DNA of 61,727 bases, counting the filler, from Bonamia ostreae (taxonomy: Eukaryota): the NCBI GenBank assembly GCA_040357525.1. It is 14 parts of 14 records of this genome, joined end to end, with 100 filler letters (N's around TTAATTAATTAA, not from the genome) between each part and the next. Parts side by side here need not be neighbours in the genome. Positions count along the whole stretch, not along the records: positions 44,275 to 48,567 come from JBDODL010000332.1; positions 48,668 to 52,960 come from JBDODL010000333.1; positions 53,061 to 57,352 come from JBDODL010000334.1; positions 57,453 to 61,727 come from JBDODL010000335.1; 10 more parts are not named here. One strand, written 5' to 3'. The notes beneath the pieces were generated by a model that ran no database searches, was not told the DNA's origin, and was given only the letters and a program-made list of their open reading frames with translations. Of this stretch, positions 46,474-58,951 are shown in pieces. The position numbers and the translations under genes were made by a program. The first letter of the stretch is position 1. The number at the start of each line of letters is the position of its first letter.

Positions 46474-47663
46474 ATGGAAATCTCAACCGATCATTCAGAA
46501 GAAATAGTTTAATTTTATGACATTTAGAACGACGCTCAATTTGATTATTACGGCAAAGCCATCGCAACTGCTTCATCTGACAAATCTGTCAAAATTTACC
46601 AAGTTGGGGATAACAACATCAATCTTTTGACAACTCTGACAGGGCATTTTTCATAAAATATTTGTTAAATTTAACACAAAACACGTTCAATATCGTCAAA
46701 AAAATTGCAAAATGGACAATTTTTAAATTTAGTCACAATGGCCCAGTTTGGAGAGTTTCATGGTCATATCCCAAATTTGGCAAAATAATCGCATCTTGTG
46801 GTTACGCACGCCAAATAATGGTTTGGAACGAATCAAGTCCCGGAAAATGGGATTTGATTTTAAGAGACACTTCATTCGAAGATCCAGTTAACGACATCAA
46901 ATTCGCTCCGGTCACCGATAACATTTTTATCGCAGCCGTTTCTTCTGGCGGCGATTTATTTTCTTATAATTACGACCGTTTTCCAAAAATTAAATTATTT
47001 TTCGACTAAAAACGTAAATCGATAAAATCCAAAAAACGACAAATCTTCGAAAACAAAACTTTCCACGTTGTAAAAACGTGGAAAGTTTATACAATTTTGC
47101 GTTCCTCCCTCACGCCGTTTCTCATCAAGAGACGGCGAATTCCCAAAAAAGCGACTAAATTTTATATAAAATGTCGAAAATCCCAAAAACAAAAAGCGAC
47201 AGAAAACAAATGGAACAAAAAAGCGTTTCCAATCCATTGTTTGGCCGCAAACGCAATATCTTTTTCGCCTGAAAACGGTGAGAAAGGACCGCGTGTTGTA
47301 ACGGGGGGAAGCGACGGAATCGTCAAATTTTGGGAATTCGATAAAACAGAAAATTTAATCGAGGGAAAACATACTCCTCGGAATGAGCATTCGGGCAGTG
47401 TCACTGACGTTGCTTGGTCTCCTTCTACTTGTGGTAACAAAGGAACAGTTGCATCGTGTTCAGAAGATAGGACTGTGAAGATCTGGCAAAACGACAGCGA
47501 ATGGGCTGTTTCTGCGACAGTCGAACTTAATCTTCCGGTCTGCTCGGTTTCTTGGTCGCCGCTCGGAGATCTTTTGGCGGCGACTTTAACGAATGGAGAA
47601 GTGAAAATGGTTCAACAAACCGATAACGGGGAATGGAATGTGAAAAGTTCCAAAGAAGAATAA
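46474..47663 (+). CDS. SEC13: COPII/nuclear pore WD40 protein SEC13, 4 exons
   Basis: DAQFDYYGK.IATASSDKSVKI, GHNGPVWRVSW.YPKFG, DVAWSP, ASCSEDRTVKIW. Confidence 0.93.
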
Positions 47664-48044
47664 ATTGACTTTTCATTTTTGTCGCCATTTTTGGAATTTT
47701 AAGTGTTTTCGTGTTGATTAACAATTTTCAGATAAAAATATTCGTAACAAAAATTGTAACGGCGCATAAAGAAAATTGATCTTTTTTTTGGTTTTTGTGC
47801 TTGCGCCCAACTGACGAAATTTTATTAACACAGCAGAAAATTTTATTTTCTTCAACAGAAAAAATTATCCGCTCTAACGACAATATTAAAATTAATTTGA
47901 AAAATAACGAAAAGTGCTCAGATAAAATTTATAAATATAATAATCACAAAAATCTTCATTTACAAAATTTTTAAAGATCATTGGCTAATTTAATTTGTTG
48001 CGGTTTTAATATAAGAACAAATCCATAACTTGCTAAATTTTCGA

Positions 48045-48567
48045 TGGAGCTTGAGCTTTATAATCAAAGTGAAAATGAGAACAGAACAAAATCGTCAACA
48101 TCACTTGGAGTTGAATCAGTTGTTTTGGCTGGTCACAAAGGAGCGGTCTATAGCGGCAAATTCCATCCTGACGGCAATCTGATTGCTACAGGAGGACATG
48201 ACAGCTTAATCTGTCTAAATTTTAAAATTTGCTAATCAGTAATCAGAATTTAGCATTCTAAAATTAAAAATTTAGTCGTTTGGCCAAATATTTCTATTAG
48301 CCATTTTGCTAAATTTTAAAAAAATTTAGTTATTTGGGATGTAAACAATAAATGCAAAAACGTCGGTCTTTTAAAAGCTCATAAAAATGCGGTTTTGCAA
48401 GTTGACTGGTCTCGTAATGGCGATTATCTATTTTCTTGTAGCGCTGATAATTTTGCGTCTGTTTTTGATTCAAAAACATTTCGGAAAATTAGAAAAGTCA
48501 AAGGACACAAATCGTTTTTATTCCAAATTTTAAGAATAATAAATTCGATTTCTCCGTGTAGAAAAAG
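48045..48567 (+). CDS. SNRNP40: U5 snRNP 40 kDa WD40 protein (5' part)
   Basis: LAGHKGAVY..KFHPDG, HKNAVLQVDW, SCSAD, RKVKGH..IINS. Confidence 0.85.
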
Positions 48568-48697
48568 NNNNNNNNNNNNNNNNNNNNNNNNNNNNNNNNN
48601 NNNNNNNNNNNTTAATTAATTAANNNNNNNNNNNNNNNNNNNNNNNNNNNNNNNNNNNNNNNNNNNNTAATCAAACAGCAAAAAAATTTTATTAAAA

Positions 48698-49361
48698 CTT
48701 CCGGATCTTTTCTTAGAATCGCTTTACGATCTTTTTCTTTTTGCAAAAAATCGAAAACAGGGCGGAAATCGACGTCTTCAAGATTTTTGATCGGCGATTT
48801 TTTTCCAAGCAACTTTTTCCAATCTTTAAAAAAGTTTTTTCTGAAGATTGGATTTTTCCCGTGATCGGTTTCGATTAAGGCTGCAAACCAAGTTGCGACT
48901 TCTTCTTGTTCGGGGGTCAAATCAATTGGTTTTCCTCCATATAAAAGTTTTATTCCGTGAGGGACATAAGATGGAGGGAATAGAACTCCGTTATGTTTTA
49001 AAGTTGACCATCTTATATTTTGTTCTTTAATTGTTAGAGAATCGTTGTTTTTGACTATTTTCTTCATTGTTTTGATGATTTTATTTGAGTCGACATTCGA
49101 TTTTTTTAATTTTTTATTGTATCTTTTTGACTTTTTTTTAGATTTTTTGTGCTTTTTTGTTCGATTTTTTTTGGTTTTATCAAATTTCTTTACTTTCCTA
49201 TCGATTTTTTCATTTTTGATCAAATTTTTGTCTTTTGTGATAATTTTTGGACTTTTTTTTGCAATTTTTGTAAAAATTTTCCTTTTTGTGCTCAATATTT
49301 TCAAATTTTCTTTTTGGTCTTTTATAACACCATTTTCAAGTTTTGTTAATTCTACAACCAT
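48698..49361 (-). CDS. TOP1: DNA topoisomerase I (5' part)
   Basis: WSTLKHNGVLFPP.Y, EQEEVATWFA, FRKNFFKDW. Confidence 0.95.
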
Positions 49362-49744
49362 TTTTCAAAATTGGCGAAATTAGACAAATATAACTTTAAG
49401 ATTTTGCATAACAATTTATGTGTGCACATCTAAATAGCTTTGCCATAGTTATTTATAAAAGTAAAAATTGTTTTTACAAATTTATAAACTAAAAAAATCA
49501 ATATTTTTTTGTTTGGACTATTTAAAATTTGTTTATCGGAAAATCACTTTATTTAGAAATGGATAAAATGCTAAAACGACATATTGTCAAAAAAGAAGCG
49601 TTGATATACCCGCAAATAACAAAATGGAAAGTAAAGATAGTCTAAAAAACTTTATTGTCTAAAAACTTTGAATACTAAATATTATCAAAAGCTAAATAGA
49701 TATTATAAAAATAACATATAATAACTAAAGCTGATTTTAGATAA

Positions 49745-50176
49745 ATGTCTGGCGTTTGGAAAGCGACTATATTAAATAACAAGGGAGGTAGAATAGTCGA
49801 GAAGAACGGCAAAAAATATTTGAAAACAAAAATGCTCTGGTTTCTTGAAGACGGAATGCCTCCAGTTTTTATACCAAATTTTGAAATTTAGCCAAGAAAA
49901 ATCGCGTATCCTATCCATTCTGATTTCAAAGTGAACAAAAACGGCTATAGAGCGTGTTGGAAAAATACACCGATCGGCGAATGGAATGGCCGTTCGTTAT
50001 TTAAAAAAGACTCCGTTATGCAAAGAATTAATTATTGGGGACTTCGTTGTCATTTTCTCGTATATGCGACATTCGATTATGCCATTGCTTTCTTTGTTTT
50101 GTTAGTTGCTATGCTTAGCGGTCTTCAAAGGATATCGTATTTGCACAAAGAACACAAAACATCGAAATATCAATAA
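49745..50176 (+). CDS. Hypothetical small membrane protein, 2 exons
   Basis: ATG 49745, 27-nt intron, C-terminal hydrophobic segment YAIAFFVLLVAML. Confidence 0.6.
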
Positions 50177-50353
50177 ATTTTTTGGGCAATTTTTTTGTTG
50201 AAATTTTTCTACTTTCGTATCAAAAATAATTTTTTTGGAAAACGTTGTAAATTATTTTGGCTAAAACTATTAATTTTTGAATTATTTTATCGATTGATAA
50301 AAACGATAAAAGTTTACAATTTATAAAATAATTAATCCAAGCATCACAATTAA

Positions 50354-51083
50354 ATGGCTGATAAAAATGACGAAAAAAGAAATAGTATTTTGTTTTTATT
50401 ATAAAATCTCGTTTTCAAAATGATTTATTTCTTATTTGTTTTGATAAATGTGAAGCAAATAAAAATTGATAAATTAATCCAAAATGGCAAATTTATAAAA
50501 ATTTGAACTAATTAGAAAAGCGATAAAATTGGCTGAAAACGAAAAAAAGGAACAAATCGAAGAAAGATTAGAAACAAAACGAGAGAACGAAAAAATTTTC
50601 GAGGAAAACAAGAAAAAAGCAATTGCAATGGAAGAAAAAGAAAAAAATGAAAGAATCAAAGAAATCGCTAAGATGTGTAATAATAACGAAGAAGAAGAAA
50701 TTAGACAAAAAAGAGAATCTATTCGAATCGCTATTTCATTATCTGTTTTTATAATGTTTGGCCAAAATTTACAAAAATCGGTCAAAATTTTGCAAATTAC
50801 AAGAAATTTAAAAATTTAGAGCCAAGAACAAAACAGATTAATAAAAGAGAAAGCAGAAGAGGTTCTAGAAAACAAAAGAATGAGCGAGATTAACAGAAAA
50901 AAAAGCATTGCAAAGGCAATTGAATTGGCCGAAGAAGAAAGAAGTCGAAGAATAAGTGAAATCGAGAATGCAAAAAGAGAATCAAAATTTTACAGTGATT
51001 TTAGCTCAAGAGTAACTGATTTGAAAGAAGAAATCGCAAGAAAAGAGAAAACTGAAAATAAAATGGATTCATTGACAGATTAA
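50354..51083 (+). CDS. Charged coiled-coil protein, about 3 exons
   Basis: E/K/R-rich exons with recurring KAI.(L/M)(A/E)E motif. Confidence 0.6.
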
Positions 51084-51245
51084 ATGTTATGACTTCTTAA
51101 ATTTGCATTTTATTGTTGTTTCAAATTTTGTCGCTTTTTTTTGCAAAATTCTGATATTTTTAAACAAAATTTTGCCGTTTTTAATAATTTTTTATATTTT
51201 TAAACAAAATTTTGCCGTTTTTAATAAATTTATATTTTTTAAAAA

Positions 51246-52870
51246 TTATTTTAATTTTCGTAATTTTCTTCCTTCAATTTTGCGTTCTTTCTTTTGTTTA
51301 ATAAATTCTTTTCTCTTTTCCATTTTCTCTTCTCTTCTTTCTCTTTTTGTCTTTTTACTTTCTTTCTTTAAAATTTCATTAAATTTCGTTTTGTTATTTA
51401 TTTTTGGACTTTTTTTATTTATCAATTTCGTTTTGTTATTTATTTTTGGACTTTTTTTATTTATCAATTTCGTTTTGTNNNNNNNNNNNNNNNNNNNNNN
51501 NNNNNNNNNNNNNNNNNNNNNNNNNNNNNNNNNNNNNNNNNNNNNNNNNNNNNNNNNNNNNNNNNNNNNNNNNNNNNNTTGTAAATTTCTTTTTGTTATT
51601 ATTAATCGAATTGCTATTTTTTGACTTTTCAATTTTCATTTTGTGAAGTCGAATTTTCCTAAAATTGTTTTTTAAAACCTCGCGTCTTCAACAGAAAATT
51701 CAACTTGCAACGAATATTTTGGATCATTAGAAATGTCTCTTATCGCATTCAACGAATCTTTGTGTTCTTCAAATTCGACAAATCCGAATCTTTTTGTCAA
51801 AAAATTTTATAAAATTTACTAAAAAACTAAATTTGAATAAAAAAATTTTCATCAAAATTGCTAAAAAAACTAAATTTGAATAAAAAAATTTTATAAAATT
51901 TGCAAAAAAAAACTAAATTTGAATAAAAAAATTTTATAAAAATTACAAAAAAAAAGCTAAATTTGAATAAAAAAATTTTCATCAAATTTGCTAAAAAGAA
52001 CTAAATTTGAATAAAAAAATTTTATAAAAATTACAAAAAAAACTAAATTTGAATAAAAAAATTTTATAAAAATTACAAAAAAAAACTAAATTTGAATAAA
52101 AAAATTTTCACCAAAATTGATAAAAAACTAAATTTGAATAAAAATATTTTCATCAAAATTGCTAAAAAAACTAAATTTGAATAAAAAAATTTTCACCAAA
52201 ATTGATAAAAAAACTAAATTTGAATAAAAATATTTTCATCAAAATTGCTAAAAAACAAAATTTGAATAAAAAAATTTTCATCAAAATTGCAAAAAAAATT
52301 AAATTTGAATAAAAAATTTTCATCAAAATTGCTAAAAATCTGAACCTTTTCGATCTAAACTTTCCAGACGAATTCAATCGCTTTCGATCTCTTACAATTT
52401 TTACTTGTTTCAAAATCGGTTTTTTGTTTACAAAATTTTCGTTTTCCTGAATAAAGTTAATATTTAGTTTTTAAATTTTTACATTTTTACTTAAAAAACA
52501 TTTCTTAATTTTTTAGCCGAATTTAAGAAAATCTGTTTTAGATCAGTTTCAGTTAATTGGACTGGAATGTTTTGGACGGAAATTCTTTTTTCTGAAATTG
52601 AAAAGTTTGGATTTTTCAGTTTTTGCATTTTCTCAACAAACGAATTTTTTCTTCTCGTCGCTATTTCCTTTTCCATTCTCTCATCAAATTGGACTAATTT
52701 TTGTTAAAATTTAGTTTTATTTGAATTGCCGTTATTCTAATTTTTAATAAAAATTTGCAAATTTTAAAGTTTGTTTTTATGAAAGACGTCCTTCTTTTGC
52801 CAAAAATAATCTTTTTTTGTCGATTTTTTGATTTTCGGTGTTTTTGCTAATTTCAAGTTCCTCTTTAGAC
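51246..52870 (-). CDS. RBM28: Nucleolar RRM protein NOP4/RBM28 (3' part)
   Basis: LFLAKEG, KLKNPNFSISEKRISVQNIP, RSKRFGFVEFEEH, VEFSVED. Confidence 0.88.
51795..52340. repeat. Intronic tandem repeat, about 43-nt unit x about 12
   Basis: ctaaatttgaataaaaaaatttt recurring at about 43-nt period. Confidence 0.95.
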
Positions 52871-53298
52871 AACGCCAAAGAAATTTTACAAAATTTGTCT
52901 CCGATCAGAAATTTTACATAATTTTGGTTTTCCTCTTTTTCTTTTAATATTTTGTTTACTNNNNNNNNNNNNNNNNNNNNNNNNNNNNNNNNNNNNNNNN
53001 NNNNTTAATTAATTAANNNNNNNNNNNNNNNNNNNNNNNNNNNNNNNNNNNNNNNNNNNNGGCAACTATTTCACAGTCTTTGCTCTACCACTCATTTCTC
53101 TTATGTCCAAATATTCTTTTACTTTTTGGGAATGCAGACTGGATTCTCTTTAATTAGCCTTTTTCTCTTTCGAGACATATTTTTTGTAACTGTAATTTAC
53201 GTGAAGAATTGAATTGGTTTTCCAATTTTGGAAGCCGCAATTTGTACCGAAAATTTTTATATTTTGAAAATTTTGAAAATTTATTTAGAAAATGAGCA

Positions 53299-54909
53299 CT
53301 AAAGTTTATTGATCCGAAAAGCAAAGGAATCCGCGATTGAAGAACCGGTCCTCATTTTTGCTTCAAGATAGTTTCCCCGTGCGCCAGAATTGTTAGCTAA
53401 ATGGCCTGGATAAACAATTGCAGATAACTTGTCCTCGAATACCTTTTAACTCACAAAACAAACAAAGCAGTTCGCCAATCTGTTCGAGATTTTTGTCGAA
53501 GGGGAAGTCCAGATCAGAACATTCGGCTCTGAATCGTCCGCGATTTTCAATTTTGAGTAGTTTTCAAAATCGATTTTTTCGTTTTTCGGAGGATAAATTG
53601 GGTAAAGCCATTTCTGCCGCAACAAGTGCGACGACAAGTTCTCCCATCGTTCGCCGTTTTTCGTTGTTTTTTCGCCATTCGCTCTAAAAATAATCGAGTG
53701 AACAATCGCAGATCAGATTGGAGAATGTCGAAAACAGTATCCGCCGCCGTGACACAGAATTTGCACCCGTTTATCGAGAAACTGGCTGGATTTGTCAGGA
53801 AGTGCAGATTCTCGTTAATGGTCAAGTTCTTAAAACTCGGTTGAGGATAAAATGGAGTTGCATTGACATCTTTTTTTTGCCAAATTTAACCTTTTGTGGA
53901 AGGAATCACCAGAACTTTGAAGCTTTTAACTTGGAAAAGCGTTTCGATGTCTTCAAAAAAGCTCTTCATCAGATCAGAAAAAGTCTCTGAAAAAGTTTTA
54001 TTGAGATTTGGCAACATTGGAAAATCTTCCGAAACAAATGGCCCCGTCTTTGTTGAGTTTCACAATCGAATAAATTTTTATTTTGGCAAAAATTTTTTAT
54101 AAAAAGCGTTGTTACAACCATTATCAAAACAGACGGCGCTTTTTCCTTCAAAATCTCTGCGAACTTTGGCAAAAAAGATTTTTCATATTTGACGTTGTCC
54201 GGTCCAAAATAAGGTCCACTGACGAACACAAAATCGAATGCATTTTCTATCGAAAAGTTTTCCGGTTTTTTTGAATAAAAATCGTCAAAAATTTCGGTCG
54301 CCATTAGTTCTCTCCGCGGCTCTTCGATAACCGAGCCTTTGACGACTAAAACCTGTCCCGGGAACAGAGAAATCGATTTTTTGATCGCGTCCAAGTTCAA
54401 ACTGATTTTTTCGCCGTTTGAAATTGATTGACAGCCCTGGAGATAAATGTTTTTCTTGTTTAGACGGCTCTCGCCGTCTTTTGCAACAAAACCGATAACA
54501 AAGTTTTGTACGCTTTCGGACAAAGCCGAAACTGCCGTAAATTCAAAGTTATCGATTTTCTGAAGTTTTTTAAATCGATTTGCAATAAAGTCAATTCTTT
54601 TCTGGAGAGCTAAAAACAATAACAAACGTAATGAAATTTTTGCAACTCAAAACCTTCGTGGCGTCTTTCTAAAACAGGTTCTACAAATCTAAAATGATTT
54701 GAAGAATTTTTTAAGTCAATGTTCAGTTTTTCTCGATTTTTATTTGCTATAAAATCTTCAAAACGATTCAAATTTAAGCCGTTTTGGTCTGTTTTCGTTT
54801 TTTTTGCGTTTTGTTCGATTTTTGCAGTTTGTCTTTTTTCTTTGTTTCGGTTATTAGTGGTTTTTATTGAAAATGATTGCGCTTCGCTCAAATAGTTTTG
54901 ATCAGCCAT
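53299..54909 (-). CDS. POLA2: DNA polymerase alpha subunit B
   Basis: SLFPGQVLVVKG, SGPY, PSVLIM.GPFV, NPASFSING, YPIYPP, PNVLI. Confidence 0.9.
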
Positions 54910-54989
54910 TTTTATAACAGAAACTTAATAAATCTGCAAACAGAAATTTTCCAAACTTTACAGTGCGCAGAAATTAACTTTAATTGGCA

Positions 54990-55719
54990 AATGGCGTCTT
55001 TTGATTTTTTGCTAAAAATTTTTGCGTTTTTGATATCATTTGAAGAAAGCAATTATTCTCCATTACGAATTTGTGTCGAAACGAAGATTTTGGACCCGCA
55101 GAACACTTTAAAGTTCTTAAAAACGAGGAACTTGAAATTAAACATTACAGATTTTGCGTCGGCTCAAAATATTTTTAACGAAACGATCTTTTGTCCTTTC
55201 GTTTACAATGTTTCGAATTCCCGTCGATACGAAGAAATTTTGAGCGCTATTTCAGATAAAATACTCAAATCAAAATTAAATAAAAATGATTGGCAAATGA
55301 AAATATTTCGTTCGTATTCAAACAAACAAAACGTTAAAGAGAAAAGAGAGCTCGTTTTTAAGGGGAACATCCCCGATCTGACCAAAATTTGTGCCTTTTT
55401 CGCCACAAAAAACAAAACATTTTTAAAAAACAATGTTTACAAAGAAACATCAACAAATCTAGATTTTGACGAGGAGCCGTCAAATGTAAGTTGTTTGGTA
55501 ATAACATCATTGCAACACAAAACAAAACAGTTTGTGATGTACATGACAGCATTCTTTATAGTTTCAATGTTACTTTTGAATATGTTGTTATATTGTTTGG
55601 CGCGTTTCATCCTGAAACACAATAAGAAACTGAGTTTGAAAACGATAAATCAACCAAGTTACCGAAAAGAAATAACATCTCATCTCAAAATTGACGACGT
55701 ACAAATAAAAATACTTTGA
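54990..55719 (+). CDS. Hypothetical type I membrane protein
   Basis: Hydrophobic N-terminus MASFDFLLKIFAFLI and C-terminal TM FVMYMTAFFIVSMLLLNMLLYCL. Confidence 0.65.
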
Positions 55720-55907
55720 AATTTTTACGATTATAAATCGATCTGATTCCAAAAAACAAAAATTGACAACAAAATAATTATTTGTGATAACAAAAGTTTG
55801 ATAAAATCGAATTGTAACAATAAAGACGTAATTATTTAATAGACATAATTTTTTGAATGCGCTCTTCCAGTGATTTGTTTATTTTTTGTACATTTTCGAT
55901 CAATTTC

Positions 55908-56264
55908 TCATTCTGTTTGAGATTGTGTGTGTAGATGCTTTTGTCGCAATAACTTTAAAAACTGTCGAAGGTAATTGGTTTCGTTGACGATCATTTCAAG
56001 TTGTTCTTTCAAATTGTGATTTTTCTCTCGACGCGAATTTATTTTCTGGCGGTATTTGCGAATGTCGCGTTGACGCTTTTCTTTAAATCGTTTCGCCGCC
56101 AATTTGAATTTTTTCCTTTATTCAAATATAAAAAATCGTTTCATAAATGCTTTTTGCCGTTTCAAATACGCACTATGTTATCGCGTTAATAATTGCGAGT
56201 CAACTTCAATTAAAAACCGTTTCGCATCAACTGTCATTTTTTTGTCGTTGTTCTCGAATTGCAT
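55908..56264 (-). CDS. Small bZIP transcription factor, 2 exons
   Basis: One intron of about 100 nt gives DAKRKKFKLAAKRFKEKRQ basic region followed by N..LKEQL...L zipper. Confidence 0.7.
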
Positions 56265-56966
56265 CTTGTTTTGATGTTTGTTTTTATTCGTTTTTATAAA
56301 GTTTATATGATATTTTTGTAATACTCAAAATTTGACGCAAATTTAAAAAAAAAGAGATGGCAATCCAATGGATTCAATTTTCAGAATGTTCATTTCCTCG
56401 CTTAAACTAAACAATTAATTTTAAAAATTGTTCAATAATTAATTTTATAGCGTGTTTAAAAACTGACATAAAATTTTCTATGAAAAATTTACTAAATTTG
56501 GCACCAATTAAACTTCAATTAAACATTAATAACAAAATCTAAAAATAATAACAAAATTTGCTTAAAAATAGACAAAAATGTAAAAATTAATAAACAAAAT
56601 GACATAAAAGCACAAAGAAAATGGGACAACAAGACATGTAGACGCAATCTTTTAAGAATAGGAAAACTAAAAAAAACTAAAAAGCGATTCACAGAAATTA
56701 AACGAATTCAATTTCATTTAGTTTCAAATAACCGAATCGATAAAATCCCAAAAAGCAAAATTATCAGAAGAGTTTCAAAAATGCGAAAGTATTATTATAC
56801 TCGAGCGCTCTAATCGAATCTATAAAAACATTGCACACTAAACAAAAAGAAATCAAAACAAACCGTTTTTATAGAAAAACAAAAGCAATGTTTCATAATT
56901 ATTACACCGTTTCCAGTATTAAAAACGCATCGACTTTATAATTTAAACAACCGAAATAAACAAAAA

Positions 56967-57352
56967 ATGGAACAGTCCAAACGACAGGAAATTTTGGAAT
57001 ATGAACGGGAGAACTGGGCGCTGCTCGAACACATGTTCCGCCATTTGAACTACAACAGAGGAAATCTCCCCATCGACGAGGCCGATTACAAAAAAATGTT
57101 CCTGTGCTTATTCAACTTGTACGAGCACTGCAAGAAAGACAGATTTGGGGAAAAACTCGAAAAAGCGCTGGAAGACGAATCTGCGTTCAGAGCGGTGGCC
57201 GATTCGATGTATGGCGCGATGTCTTTGCTTCGATTGTATGCGCTTGATTTCGAGAATGCGTTTTTGACTACGATCGAGAAAATATCGGAAAACGGTGTTT
57301 TTGCGAATATGGTCTTCGCGCATTACAGAATTAAAAACTTTGATCTTTTGTA
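56967..57352 (+). CDS. Hypothetical helical protein (5' part)
   Basis: ATG-initiated ORF with coding-like composition running to contig end. Confidence 0.6.
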
Positions 57353-57510
57353 NNNNNNNNNNNNNNNNNNNNNNNNNNNNNNNNNNNNNNNNNNNNTTAA
57401 TTAATTAANNNNNNNNNNNNNNNNNNNNNNNNNNNNNNNNNNNNNNNNNNNNGAAGTTCTATTTTAAAAGAGCCATTTATTAACAGCTTTTTTTTAATAA
57501 CAAACAATAT

Positions 57511-58731
57511 ATGAAGAGCTTAAAAAAATGGAAATTGGATTATTATATCCGATTGTACATTGAAAGTCAAAACAAAATCGTCCGCAGAGAACAAAAACGA
57601 GCCTGGGACATTGTCACAGAAGCTCATAGAGACAATAAGAACGCTTTCATATTTAGCACAGAAGCATTGTCGTCTCTTTATGTTCCACCAATTTTAAGCT
57701 CAATATGTCACGAAAAACCAGATTCTAGAAAAACGTTAATATTAGCGTCTTCATCGCAAGCCGCTTTTTCTGTTTACCGCAAAATAAACAGAATATCGTC
57801 AAAATTGGACATATCGGTCGGACTGATCGCTCCGGTTGAAGATTTCTACAAGAGCAAGTTGATGTTAGTACGCCTCGATCCCCGGTTAAGGCAGTTTTCA
57901 GGTGAAAAGGATATTGTCATAACTTCGGTAAGCGCAATTGAAAAAGACAACGAATTTCAATTCGATCGAATTTCGACCGTCGTTTTAGAAAAAAGCGGTC
58001 TATTTGACAAATCGGAATTCTTGAACCTTTTGGCAAAATTTCCCGATTCCGCAAAATTCATTGTCGCGAACTCCGTCACCGTCAAAAAAGATTTCAGAGG
58101 AAATAATGTTTTCGCATTCGTAAAACCCGCAGAATACTCTAAAGTTTTCAAAGTTGATAAAAACGTGTAAGACCATTCAAAAGATTGCTTTCTGTAAGAA
58201 ACACGAAAAAGTGCGCAGAATTGTTGAAATTCTTAAAAACGCGACTCATTTGGCGAAATCTGGCGTTCTAATCGTTTGTGATAACAAGGAGAATGGCAAA
58301 AATCTTGCAAATGTTTTTTAACAAAATTCAGAAACTCGAAAAAATCGGATTAAGACAGTTGGAATTAGTCGTAGACGAAGACAAAACTTATAAGCTTATA
58401 AAAAGCCTTGAAAGGCTTCAAAAAAAATTCTTTAAGATACGTAATTACGACGGTATCGACATTGAATTCAGTCGATAAGTCGGTCAATGCCGGAAACAGA
58501 ATAGTCGTCGCTTATGACTATCCGAAGACAACAGAGAAATTTTGGTTTCTGGATAAAATCGCGTCGAGCTCCGAGACGAAATCAAACAAGAAAAAATATT
58601 TCATTTCGATTTTCGATGAAGACGAATTGGAATTGGCTTCTTTCGGATTCGCATTGTCAAAATTGTGCAAGAACGAAAGTATGAACGGATTGTTAAATCT
58701 GAAGAAACTTCTTTTTAAAAAGATCAATTAA
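57511..58731 (+). CDS. Degenerate DEAD-box-fold protein (probable pseudo-helicase)
   Basis: Motif order kept (TLILASS, DIVIT, VVLEKSG, VLIVCD, YVITT, VVAYDYP) but catalytic residues missing. Confidence 0.6.
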
Positions 58732-58951
58732 ATTTCATNNNNNNNNNNNNNNNNNNNNNNNNNNNNNNNNNNNNNNNNNNNNNNNNNNNNNNNNNNNNNN
58801 NNNNNNNNNNNNNNNNNNNNNNNNNNNNNNNNNNNNNNAGAGTTCTAAACACATATAATTATAACACATTCAAAAAAAGGTTAACCATTTTTTAAGCTTA
58901 AACCTATTATATCATATTAAGGAAATAAATATAATATTAATTTTATCCAAA

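Noticed and set aside
56116-56136. AT-AG non-canonical intron in the bZIP gene
   Set aside because: One canonical GT-AG intron of about 100 nt restores the frame more simply
4360-57452. Regularly spaced TTAATTAATTAA motif and apparent cluster of splicing genes
   Set aside because: Assembly linker between size-sorted contigs; periodicity and cross-contig clustering are artefacts
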